Shown in pieces: positions 27,522-36,774 of a DNA stretch of 47,338 nt. The notes beneath the pieces were generated by a model. It was not told where the DNA came from, searched no databases, and saw only the letters and a program-made list of their open reading frames with translations. The stretch comes from a virus (taxonomy: Duplodnaviria > Caudoviricetes). Made by a program: the position numbers and the translations under genes. The stretch covers positions 1 to 47,338 of the IMG/VR virus record IMGVR_UViG_3300033067_001623; one strand, written 5' to 3'. The first letter of the stretch is position 1. Each line of letters opens with the position of its first letter.

Positions 27522-27983
27522 GTGGCAAGAGTGAATGTAGGCATTTCGCCCAAATATATTTCCGATCAACATTTAATTGCCGAATCCGTTGAAATTACAA
27601 TGATTACGGGTGGATTTAGAAAGAATAATTATATTATTAAATCTTCTATACCTGAAACGTTTTCATTAGGTAAAGGGCATATTAATTTCTTTAAGAATAA
27701 GATCTTTTATTTAAAAGAAAGATTAAAAGAAGTAAATAAAGAATTAGATAAACGTGGAATTAAAAATTCTACTGTTATTAATATATCAGAATATCCATAT
27801 CAATATTGCAATGTATGGACTCCTACAATGGATGCTTCAAATATTTTACGAAATAGAATAGCTCATAGATTAAAAACTCCTTTAAAGGCAAAAAATAATT
27901 TTCATCGTTATTATAAACAACCCATTGAAAATATGGAAGAATTTATAAATAAGATGAATTCATCAGAATTATATCACGTTTAA
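27522..27983 (+). CDS. denV: Pyrimidine-dimer DNA glycosylase (T4 endonuclease V family)
   Basis: M.R.N....SDQHL.AE..E, F.LG.GH..FF..K..YL..R and E...RG motifs. Confidence 0.85.
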   Translation: MARVNVGISPKYISDQHLIAESVEITMITGGFRKNNYIIKSSIPETFSLGKGHINFFKNKIFYLKERLKEVNKELDKRGIKNSTVINISEYPYQYCNVWTPTMDASNILRNRIAHRLKTPLKAKNNFHRYYKQPIENMEEFINKMNSSELYHV

Positions 27984-27993
27984 ATTTATTACA

Positions 27994-28227
27994 ATGTTTA
28001 TACAAATTTTAGGCTGGATCTGCACGATTCTTGTTGCTGTAGGATTTACATTGAATTCACGTAAAAAATATATTTCAGCTATTGTTGTTTGGATTGTATC
28101 TGATACTGGTTGGATCATTTATGATTATAATATAAAAAATTGGAGTCATGCCGTGTTGGCTTTATTCATAGTATGTATGAATATTTATGGTTATAGAAAT
28201 CATAAAAAAACTTTACAAATTATTTAA
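27994..28227 (+). CDS. Small 3-TM membrane protein (PnuC/SemiSWEET-like repeat)
   Basis: 77 aa with three hydrophobic helices; GW, W...D..W..Y and N.YG motifs. Confidence 0.55.
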   Translation: MFIQILGWICTILVAVGFTLNSRKKYISAIVVWIVSDTGWIIYDYNIKNWSHAVLALFIVCMNIYGYRNHKKTLQII

Positions 28228-28276
28228 AAATAATCTCTAAATTATTTGGATTTCTCAGAAATTCTATTTATATTAT
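28227..28276 (+). promoter_or_regulatory. Bacteroidota-type promoter with palindromic operator-like box (copy 3)
   Basis: AAAATAAT-N10-TTTGGATTTCTCAGAAATT...TATATTAT, upstream of folE. Confidence 0.72.
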
Positions 28277-28294
28277 TGAAAATAAAAAGTAGTA

Positions 28295-28879
28295 ATGGAT
28301 AAAGAAAGTATTATTAAAGATGCAGAGAAAGCATATGCAGCATTTCTTACATCCTTAGGTTTTGATTGGGAGAACGATCCTAATATGTGCGATACTCCAA
28401 AAAGAGTATCTAAAATGTATGTTAATGAATTATATTCAGGAATATATGATCCAGCACCAAAAATAACAGCATTTGATAATGTAGATAAGTACGACGGAAT
28501 AATATTTTCAGGAGCAATAGATGTCAAAAGTCAATGTTCGCATCATGCAATTGCATTTTTTGGCAAAGCATATGTTGCATATATTCCAGGTGAAAAGATA
28601 ATTGGATTATCAAAACTAAATAGAATTGTTGATTGGTTTGCTCGCAGGCCACAAGTACAGGAGAATCTAAATATGCAAATTGCAGATTATTTAGATAAAA
28701 CATGTATCGGAAATCAAGGTGTTGCAGTTATGATAGAATGCAAACATTTATGTGCGTGTGTAAGAGGTGTTCAACAAGATTCTACAATGATTACTTCTAA
28801 ACTTACAGGAGCTTTTAAGGATAATCCAGCAGCAAGAGAAGAATTTTACGACTTCATATCATTTAGTAAAACCAAATAA
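28295..28879 (+). CDS. folE: GTP cyclohydrolase I
   Basis: TP.RV.K, S.C.HH, GLSKL.R, R.QVQE, H.C...RG and R.EF motifs. Confidence 0.96.
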   Translation: MDKESIIKDAEKAYAAFLTSLGFDWENDPNMCDTPKRVSKMYVNELYSGIYDPAPKITAFDNVDKYDGIIFSGAIDVKSQCSHHAIAFFGKAYVAYIPGEKIIGLSKLNRIVDWFARRPQVQENLNMQIADYLDKTCIGNQGVAVMIECKHLCACVRGVQQDSTMITSKLTGAFKDNPAAREEFYDFISFSKTK

Positions 28880-28886
28880 ATTAACC

Positions 28887-29672
28887 ATGTCAAAAGCAGT
28901 GCTTTCATTCAGTGGTGGACTGGATTCTACTACATGTCTTCTTTATTTAATTAAAGAAAATTATGAACCTAATTTATTAACATTCATGTACGGTCAAAAA
29001 CATGATTATGAGATAAAGGCAGCTAGAGAAATTGTTAATTTTCTACAAAATAAAGGATATCATATTAATCATAAGATAGTAGATATTAGTAGTTTACAGG
29101 ATTTATTACAATCTTCATTAACTACTTCAGCTATAGATACACCAAAAGGACATTATAGTGATCCAAAAATGAAACTAACAGTAGTACCGAACAGAAATAA
29201 AATTTTTAATTCAATTATACAAGCATATGCATTGTCTGTTTCAGACGGTAAGGATACTGTGCATGTAGTTTCAGGTATCACAGGAGGATCCGAGGCTACA
29301 TATCCTGATACAACCCCTGAATTTACTCAACAGGATTGGCTAGCATTTAAATTAGGTAATTGGGGTACTGAATATATTCATGGTTTATTTCCACTTAATT
29401 TATTAAATAAAAAAGAAATAATTCAATTAGGAATATCCTGTTGCGAGACTTTAAATATTGATTTCGATGAATTATATAAATTGACATATACATCATATAT
29501 ACCTGTCGAATTAAATAATAAAATCTACTCGGATCCATCAAATTCTGCATCTATTAAAAGAATTGAAGCATTTAGTTCATTGAACCTAAAAGATCCAATT
29601 GAATATAGTGATGGTAATAAGGTTTTATCATGGATCGAAGTAATGAGTTATAATATTAAAAATATCATATGA
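28887..29672 (+). CDS. queC: 7-cyano-7-deazaguanine synthase, variant lacking the Zn-cysteines
   Basis: PP-loop SGGLDST; YGQKH, VPNRN, YPD, K..I and R..AF....DP motifs. Confidence 0.92.
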   Translation: MSKAVLSFSGGLDSTTCLLYLIKENYEPNLLTFMYGQKHDYEIKAAREIVNFLQNKGYHINHKIVDISSLQDLLQSSLTTSAIDTPKGHYSDPKMKLTVVPNRNKIFNSIIQAYALSVSDGKDTVHVVSGITGGSEATYPDTTPEFTQQDWLAFKLGNWGTEYIHGLFPLNLLNKKEIIQLGISCCETLNIDFDELYKLTYTSYIPVELNNKIYSDPSNSASIKRIEAFSSLNLKDPIEYSDGNKVLSWIEVMSYNIKNII

Positions 29673-30904
29673 GTAAAAAGTTTATATATTTTCCATCTTT
29701 TTCAGTAGGTTCATTTAGTAACGATTTAAAGGCAGACTTTAAACTAAGAAATGAATTAACAATACGCTTTTACTCAGAAAGATTTCCAGAAAAGTTTAGG
29801 CATCCATATTTCCTAGTAACAGCAGGACATTTTTACAAAAAACCTAATTTTTCAGAATTATGGGAATTTGATAAAGAAAAAGATTTGTTATTATTAGGTG
29901 ACTCAGGTGGATTTCAGATAGCTTCAGGAGCAATAAAATTTGAAAAGGAACTTGTACCTATCATATTTAATTGGCTAGAGAAAAATTCAAATATTGCTAT
30001 GAATTTGGATATTCCTCCAAAGATGAAATATAATGGTAAGATGAGGGAATGTTTAGAATTAAGTAAAGCGAATTTTAAATATTTTGAAAAACATCAATCC
30101 GGAAAAACAGATTTTTTAAATGTATTACAAGGTGATTCTGATCTTACATATTTAAATTGGTATAAAGAAGTAAAAGATTTTGAATTTTCTGGATGGGGTG
30201 TTGGAGGTTGTGGAGGATCTCTAATGAGATTCATGTCAGGTATTATGGCATTAATGGAAGGCAAAGAACAATATAAAAAATCAAATAAATATATTCATAT
30301 ACTAGGTACATCAAAAATAACAGATTTTTTTATATTATCCCAACTACAACATTCATTAAATAAGTTAGGATCGAATATTATTGTTACTACAGATTCATCT
30401 ACCCCATCTAGAGGTGTAGTTTATGGATTATATTATTATGATTGTGATTTCAGATCAGGTACATTTAGATCTTTTCATGTTCCAAAAGATAAAGCAGAAG
30501 GTAATAAAAATTTGTCAGAATTCGGTAATAATTCATTATCAGGTATTGATTCGGATTTTCAATTACCAAGAGTATTTGAATTTGATGATATCCTAAAAGG
30601 ACAATATACATTTGAAGATATTAAAGATTACACATACTACGCGTACAATTCAATTGTTTTGCATAATTTTTTATATTTTAAGGATGTAATGGAGAAAGTA
30701 GATACATTGGTTTATGGACATCCATATTTCTTAGAACAAGCTATTTCAAAGGACATGTTTTTAGTTTTAAAATCAATTGATGAAATGGTGTTGGCATATG
30801 AAAATGGTACTACACCAAAAAAAGTATTTGAAAAATATCGTCAATTATATACTAAACTTTCTACTATTAAAGAAGGTACACCTGATGCTCATGAATATTT
30901 TTAA
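29669..30904 (+). CDS. dpdA: TGT-fold 7-deazaguanine DNA transglycosylase (DpdA, probably DpdA2-type)
   Basis: DSGGFQ, LDIPP, VLQG, HILG, DSS and HN motifs. No tRNA-TGT C-terminal CxCxxC Zn site. Located between queC and the DNA polymerase. Confidence 0.85.
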   Translation: MSKKFIYFPSFSVGSFSNDLKADFKLRNELTIRFYSERFPEKFRHPYFLVTAGHFYKKPNFSELWEFDKEKDLLLLGDSGGFQIASGAIKFEKELVPIIFNWLEKNSNIAMNLDIPPKMKYNGKMRECLELSKANFKYFEKHQSGKTDFLNVLQGDSDLTYLNWYKEVKDFEFSGWGVGGCGGSLMRFMSGIMALMEGKEQYKKSNKYIHILGTSKITDFFILSQLQHSLNKLGSNIIVTTDSSTPSRGVVYGLYYYDCDFRSGTFRSFHVPKDKAEGNKNLSEFGNNSLSGIDSDFQLPRVFEFDDILKGQYTFEDIKDYTYYAYNSIVLHNFLYFKDVMEKVDTLVYGHPYFLEQAISKDMFLVLKSIDEMVLAYENGTTPKKVFEKYRQLYTKLSTIKEGTPDAHEYF

Positions 30905-30920
30905 TTATTAATTACAATAA

Positions 30921-33401
30921 ATGTATCAATCAATATATTATGATAGGGCCAATGGAGGCATGGTACATCTTTGGGATGATACTGAGGGATATAAAAAGTT
31001 TAGAAATTCAAAATATGCTTTTAAATTAGATTCAAAAGGAACATATACAACATTATTTGGCGATAAAGCAATAATGGTTAAAAAATGGGATGAAGATGAA
31101 CTAAATGAAGGACTTATTTATGAATCTGATATACGTACTGAAACTCGAGTATTGATTGATAAGTATCTTTATGAGGAACCTAGAAAACCATTGCATCGAA
31201 TAATGTATATTGACATTGAGGTAGCAAAGGAAGGTTCACATTCAACCCCTCAGGATGCCTCTAATACAGTTACTGCAATTACTATTAATCAGGATACAAC
31301 CGAAAAAATATTAATTCTTTCAAATACAATTGAATCTAGGAAAACAGATAATTATGAATTAATTGTATATAAAAAGGAAGAGGATCTTTTAAAAGCTTTT
31401 TTGTATTATATAAAATTATTAGATCCAACAATTATAAGTGGATGGAACGTTTCAGGATATGATATTCCATATCTAGTAAATCGAATGAAAAATCTAAATA
31501 TTGAATATTATAGATTATCACCGATAGGAATAGTAGATGAAACAAGATCTTCACAATCACCTAATCCAAAGGATACTGAATGGGTTATTGCCGGAAGAAC
31601 GGTTTTAGATTATTTGTATATTTATAAAAAGTTTACTCCCAATGAGGAAGCAAATTATAAGTTAGATACAATTGCAAAGAAAGTAGTAGGAAGAGGAAAA
31701 ATAGTATTTGACGGATCATTACAAAATCTTTACGAAACAGATATTGAAAAATTTATTGAATATAATAGAGAAGATGTACAGTTAGTTAAAGATATTGATA
31801 AAAAACTTTTGTATATTGATTTGGCTATTGATTTGGCAACAACATGTTTTTGTAATTATAATGATATTTATCAATCATCATTTTTAATAGATGGTGCATC
31901 CATCGCATATTTAAGAAAGAAAAATATCGTTTCACCTAACAAAAGATTTACTGGAGGAGAAGACGAAGAAGCTATAGAAGGAGCATTTGTAAAACTACCC
32001 GAACCAGGGTTGTATAAATGGGTATTTGATTTAGATTTAAAAGCTCTGTATCCATCTATTATGAGATCGCTGAATATTTCTCCGGAAACAAAAATAGGAA
32101 AAATATTAAATTGGGATCAAGAAAAATTTGTTAATGATGAAATTACTAAATATGAATTGCGATTAGTAGATGGAACTATAGATTTAAATAAAAATGAATT
32201 AGTAAGATTTTTTGAAGATGAAAAGATAGCAATAGGTTCTAATGGAGCAATGTATACCACTAAAATAAAAGGTTTTGTTCCAGAAATTTTGGAGGTATGG
32301 GATAAAGAAAGAGATTATCATAAAAATCTAATGAAGAAATGCCATTCTGAAGGAGATATGAGTGGATTTACAATTAATCATATAAAGCAATATACAAAGA
32401 AAATTATTGCCAATTCATTTTATGGAGTTTTATTATTAAAATCATTTAGATACGGAGATAGAGAATCGGGGGAATGTATTACAATTACAGGTCAAAATGT
32501 AATTAAACATTCATCTTGGATCGCAAATTTATATTACAATAAAAAATTACAAACTCAGAACAAAGATTATGTAATATATTGTGATACAGATTCATTATTT
32601 GTTTCAGCAGCGGATTTAATTAAAGAAAAATTATCCGATGAAGAAATGATTAAACGTACATTAGAAATTACAACTGAAGTACAAACTGTAATAAATAAAA
32701 GTTATAACATTTATGCTAGAAAGTATCATAATTTAGAATCTCATTTCTTCCAAATTAAACAAGAAATGATTGGTAAAACTGGATTATGGACTGGCGCTAA
32801 AAAACGTTATGTAATCTGGATTATCAATAAGGAGGGAATGGATGTAGATGAATTTGAGTTTAAAGGAATTGATGTTGTGCGTTCTAATTTTCCTAAAGCA
32901 TCTAGAACTTTTATGCGTAGTTTAATTATTAATATTCTTAAAGAACAATCTAAAGAAGAAATTGATAATCAGATACATAAGTTTTATTCTACATATAATT
33001 TAGTAAGTATACAGGATATAATGTTACCAACTGGTGTGAAAGATATAACAAAACATATTCCTAAAGAAATGAATTTTGGAAAATTTCAAAAAGGCGCCCC
33101 CGTACATGTTAAAGCAGCTATTTCATATAACATGTTATTAGAATATTTAAAATTAAAACAATATCCTAATATTAATGATGGAGATAAAATTTTATGGACA
33201 TATTTATTGAAAAATCCATATCATTTAGAAACAATTGCATTGCCAGTGGATGAAGCATCGCCTGAAATTGAAAATATTGTTAGTAAATATATTGATAGAA
33301 AAGCAATTTTTCAAAAGAATTTAATGACAAAGATACAACCTTTTTATGATACTATGAAATGGGGAACAGTATCCACAGAACCACAACATAACTTTTTTTA
33401 A
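30921..33401 (+). CDS. Family B DNA polymerase (gp43-like)
   Basis: Exonuclease motifs DIE, GWN...YD and YN..D; polymerase motifs DL.ALYPS, K...NS.YG, YCDTDS and KKRY. Confidence 0.97.
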   Translation: MYQSIYYDRANGGMVHLWDDTEGYKKFRNSKYAFKLDSKGTYTTLFGDKAIMVKKWDEDELNEGLIYESDIRTETRVLIDKYLYEEPRKPLHRIMYIDIEVAKEGSHSTPQDASNTVTAITINQDTTEKILILSNTIESRKTDNYELIVYKKEEDLLKAFLYYIKLLDPTIISGWNVSGYDIPYLVNRMKNLNIEYYRLSPIGIVDETRSSQSPNPKDTEWVIAGRTVLDYLYIYKKFTPNEEANYKLDTIAKKVVGRGKIVFDGSLQNLYETDIEKFIEYNREDVQLVKDIDKKLLYIDLAIDLATTCFCNYNDIYQSSFLIDGASIAYLRKKNIVSPNKRFTGGEDEEAIEGAFVKLPEPGLYKWVFDLDLKALYPSIMRSLNISPETKIGKILNWDQEKFVNDEITKYELRLVDGTIDLNKNELVRFFEDEKIAIGSNGAMYTTKIKGFVPEILEVWDKERDYHKNLMKKCHSEGDMSGFTINHIKQYTKKIIANSFYGVLLLKSFRYGDRESGECITITGQNVIKHSSWIANLYYNKKLQTQNKDYVIYCDTDSLFVSAADLIKEKLSDEEMIKRTLEITTEVQTVINKSYNIYARKYHNLESHFFQIKQEMIGKTGLWTGAKKRYVIWIINKEGMDVDEFEFKGIDVVRSNFPKASRTFMRSLIINILKEQSKEEIDNQIHKFYSTYNLVSIQDIMLPTGVKDITKHIPKEMNFGKFQKGAPVHVKAAISYNMLLEYLKLKQYPNINDGDKILWTYLLKNPYHLETIALPVDEASPEIENIVSKYIDRKAIFQKNLMTKIQPFYDTMKWGTVSTEPQHNFF

Positions 33402-33411
33402 ATATATTAAT

Positions 33412-34143
33412 ATGAAAAAATCAATTTTATTAGACTTTATCTCAAAATATAATTTGGGAGGCCAAGCCGAAGCTGTATTATTAACAGTTAATAACAAAAA
33501 ATTAAATTGCGAGTTTCGCACCGAAGGTAAATCAACAAGAGGAACAATTACTTTTAATGATATTGAATTAAAAGATGGGACATTAGGAATATTTCAAACA
33601 GTCAATTTAAGAAGTATATTGTCAGCATTGGAAGAAGATATTGACGTGTCTTATGTTGCCGATCCTGATGATGATGAAAGATTGATGAAAATAGCTTTTA
33701 AAGATAAAAATATGAAAGCTGAATTTGTCTTGGCAGATCCAACTATTATAGATTCTGATTTTCCTGAAAAAAATGTACCTGCAGAAGATATTTCATTTGT
33801 ACTGACCCACGATTTCATTACCGGATTTAATAAGGCAAAATCAGCATTATCTACAGAAGCTCCGTCTTTTGCAATAACTGCATCTGGTGATGGTATAATT
33901 AAGATAATTTTAAATTATCAAAAGGATATTAATTCTAATAGATTTGAATTTAAAATACCAGCAAAGAAAGATTCTGATATGGAACCTATATTCTTTAATG
34001 CAGATATCTTTAAAGAAATTTTAAATGCAAATAAAAATTGTACAAGAGGTGCAATGAAAGTATCTTCCAAAGGAGTAGCAACAATTGTATTCCAAGGCGA
34101 TAACTTTAAAACAGAATATTTATTAATGCGAATAAATCAATAA
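33412..34143 (+). CDS. Sliding clamp (gp45-like)
   Basis: 243 aa, two-domain beta-rich pattern, ADP.II motif; between PolB and the clamp loader. Confidence 0.7.
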   Translation: MKKSILLDFISKYNLGGQAEAVLLTVNNKKLNCEFRTEGKSTRGTITFNDIELKDGTLGIFQTVNLRSILSALEEDIDVSYVADPDDDERLMKIAFKDKNMKAEFVLADPTIIDSDFPEKNVPAEDISFVLTHDFITGFNKAKSALSTEAPSFAITASGDGIIKIILNYQKDINSNRFEFKIPAKKDSDMEPIFFNADIFKEILNANKNCTRGAMKVSSKGVATIVFQGDNFKTEYLLMRINQ

Positions 34144-34145
34144 GA

Positions 34146-34700
34146 ATGTATACAATTAATAAAACATTTAATATAGCATATGGACATTCCGTATGGGCAC
34201 AATCTTTAAATTCAAAATTATCTATTGAAACAAATTGTGCATGTAAGTATTTTCATGGACATAATGCAGATGTTACGATACATATAGAAACGGAGGAATT
34301 GGATTATAAAGGAATGGTATTAGATTTTAAAGAACTTACATTTGCGAAAGTATTCTTAGATACTATAGTTGATCATAAAATGATTATTGATATTAATGAT
34401 CCTGCTTTACCTCAATTTTTTACATTATTTAAAAGTCCAGAGGAATCATTAGTGTATGTAAAGGATGGAGATTATTATTTATTGCTTAAATATTTATATA
34501 AAGATTTATCAGAACGAGAAAAGCAAATATATGAAGGATTAATAATAGTAGATTTTATTCCAACAGCAGAAAATCTTGCAAAATGGATATTTACATATGT
34601 AAAAGAATTTATTAATAATGCTAGAATATCACATCAAGTAAAAGTTAAAAAAGTACAAATTTGGGAAACACCAAAATGTTGTGCAGAATATTCAATATAA
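34146..34700 (+). CDS. queD: 6-carboxytetrahydropterin synthase
   Basis: GH...C...HGHN, GMV.DF, DH, PTAENLA and WETP motifs. Confidence 0.92.
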   Translation: MYTINKTFNIAYGHSVWAQSLNSKLSIETNCACKYFHGHNADVTIHIETEELDYKGMVLDFKELTFAKVFLDTIVDHKMIIDINDPALPQFFTLFKSPEESLVYVKDGDYYLLLKYLYKDLSEREKQIYEGLIIVDFIPTAENLAKWIFTYVKEFINNARISHQVKVKKVQIWETPKCCAEYSI

Positions 34701-35858
34701 ATGGCAAAGAAATCAGACGATAAAACATTTTTAGAGAATTATTATAAGGGAAGATACAAACCACAAGGTCCACAAGTGGTATATATTGTACCTGATAATA
34801 TATCAAAAACTAAATATATTGATATCTGGAGGGATGCAATACCTAAATATATTGAAAGTTTAGGATATACAGTGCAAATATTAGAGCCAAAGACATATAG
34901 TAGAATGCTAGGCGCGCCTGGAGATTTATTATTTAGATCTCAGCAGATGGAAATGTTGGCACATAAATTAGCAATTAATGCAATTAATAATGGAGATATA
35001 TTTATATTTTTAAATATTTGGAATCCATTGTTAATAGCTCTGGAACAATATAAGAGAACAGGAGGAAGAAAATCAATTGTTACATTAGGTATCTGGAGAG
35101 ACGATACAGTATCTGCTATTACAGAAAAAATGAGATATCAAAGATCTGATAATCCTAATATCGAATATCGAAGATTAGAATGGGCAATACATTTTTCATT
35201 TGGATTTTTTAAAGCATGTGATTTTGTATTATATGATAATAAAGAACAAAGAGAAGCAATTTGGTGGGCAAAGTCATTTAAAAAATCTGAATGGAGTAAA
35301 TTACGAAATTATACTGGATATCCACTTTCAATTGCTAAAAGATTTATTGATTATCCAATTGAAAAAGAAAATGTAATATTAATACCATATCCAGTAACTA
35401 CACATAATGAAAAATTTTATCTGGATAGATTAAAAATTGAATTTGGAAAAGATTATCAGATTATAGAATTATTTGATCAAACAAATTGTACAAGAGAAGT
35501 ATATACATACTGGTTAAGAAAAGCAAAAATTGTAATTAATTTTAGTAAGATTCAACAACATTTTAAAAATTTATATGAACCGTTTCTTTACAGAACTTAT
35601 ATCTTTACACACGATAAAATACGTCCTTCAAACATATTACCTGAAAGGTACTTATTTTCTAGAGACTTATTTTCAAAAACAATACCCTTAATGATCTTTA
35701 GAAATTGGGTACCTTTGAAAGAAAGAATCCAAGATGTATTAGAAAATTATGATAAATATCTTCCATTAATTGAAGAGGACGAAAAAATGATCACTGAAAA
35801 GTATTTTCCATCAGATGATTTTTGTAGAATATTAGAATATTTAAAACATGAAAAGTAA
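34701..35858 (+). CDS. Divergent GT-B glycosyltransferase-like protein abutting queD
   Basis: 385 aa with a two-Rossmann pattern: YIV......Y...W, S.Q...GD.F.F...WNP, KEN.I.IP, R..Y...L.KAKIV and LYE. Canonical GT4 ExFG motif is absent. Confidence 0.5.
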   Translation: MAKKSDDKTFLENYYKGRYKPQGPQVVYIVPDNISKTKYIDIWRDAIPKYIESLGYTVQILEPKTYSRMLGAPGDLLFRSQQMEMLAHKLAINAINNGDIFIFLNIWNPLLIALEQYKRTGGRKSIVTLGIWRDDTVSAITEKMRYQRSDNPNIEYRRLEWAIHFSFGFFKACDFVLYDNKEQREAIWWAKSFKKSEWSKLRNYTGYPLSIAKRFIDYPIEKENVILIPYPVTTHNEKFYLDRLKIEFGKDYQIIELFDQTNCTREVYTYWLRKAKIVINFSKIQQHFKNLYEPFLYRTYIFTHDKIRPSNILPERYLFSRDLFSKTIPLMIFRNWVPLKERIQDVLENYDKYLPLIEEDEKMITEKYFPSDDFCRILEYLKHEK

Positions 35859-36774
35859 TATTGAAAATAGTTTGTGGATTGAAAAGTATAGGCCTAAAAA
35901 TTTAGATGAATATATAGGTAACGAAAATATTAAGACAAAAATAAAAGGATACTTGGAGAAAGGAGATATTCCACATATGTTATTTTATGGCAAAGCAGGA
36001 ACAGGAAAGACATCACTTGCAAAAATAATTGCAAAAACTATGGATGCCGATGTTTTATATATTAATGCATCTGATGAAAATAATGTAGATACAGTAAGAA
36101 ATAAGATTAAAGATTTTGCCTCAGGAATGGGATTTAATAAATGGAGAATAGTAATATTAGATGAGGCGGATTTTCTAACGAATAATGCACAAGCAGCACT
36201 CAGAAATATTCTTGAAACATTTTCTGTCAGTTGTAGATTTATATTAACATGTAATTATATAGAAAAAATAATTGAGGCATTGAAAAGCAGATGTGCTAGT
36301 TATTCTATTACACCTCCTACAAAAGGAGACGTAGCAAAACGAGTTGTTGAAATATTTAAAACTGAGGAAATTGAATTTACTAAAGAAGATTTAGCTAAAG
36401 TAATTAATTCTAATTACCCAGATATCAGGGCTGTAATTAATATATGTCAAGATAATGTAATTGGAAATAAATTAATGATTCAGGATGATACTTTGAGAGA
36501 ATCAGATTACCTTAGTAAAATTTTAGAATGTTTAAAATCTTCTGGCACACCAAAAACTAAGTATACTGAAATTAGACAGATTATTGCCAATGCAAAAGTA
36601 AGGACATTTGAAGATTTATATTCATATATTTACCAGAATATTGATTCATTTGAAATAGCTAAACAAGGTGATATAATTATATTAACAGCAGAAGCACAAT
36701 ACCAAGATTCGTTTGTTGTCGATAAAGAAATAAATGCTATGGCATTATTAGTTAATTTAATAAGAGCAATTTAA
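35848..36774 (+). CDS. Clamp loader large subunit (gp44/RFC-like)
   Basis: WIEKYRP, GKAGTGKTS, INASD, LDEAD, AQAALR and SRC motifs. Confidence 0.95.
   Translation: MKSNIENSLWIEKYRPKNLDEYIGNENIKTKIKGYLEKGDIPHMLFYGKAGTGKTSLAKIIAKTMDADVLYINASDENNVDTVRNKIKDFASGMGFNKWRIVILDEADFLTNNAQAALRNILETFSVSCRFILTCNYIEKIIEALKSRCASYSITPPTKGDVAKRVVEIFKTEEIEFTKEDLAKVINSNYPDIRAVINICQDNVIGNKLMIQDDTLRESDYLSKILECLKSSGTPKTKYTEIRQIIANAKVRTFEDLYSYIYQNIDSFEIAKQGDIIILTAEAQYQDSFVVDKEINAMALLVNLIRAI

Noticed and set aside
15048-28263. The 19-bp repeats as CRISPR repeats, att sites or IS ends
   Set aside because: They are kilobases apart, in the same orientation, always just upstream of operon starts with promoter-like spacing, and no recombinase or transposase is nearby.
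29669-30904. tRNA-guanine transglycosylase for queuosine (auxiliary metabolic gene)
   Set aside because: It lacks the tRNA-TGT Zn site, no queF/queA/queG is present in the window, and it is adjacent to the DNA polymerase. DNA modification fits better.
18890-33401. Inteins or introns in UvsX, helicase or PolB
   Set aside because: Lengths are normal, motifs are contiguous, and no splice-junction or homing-endonuclease motifs were seen.
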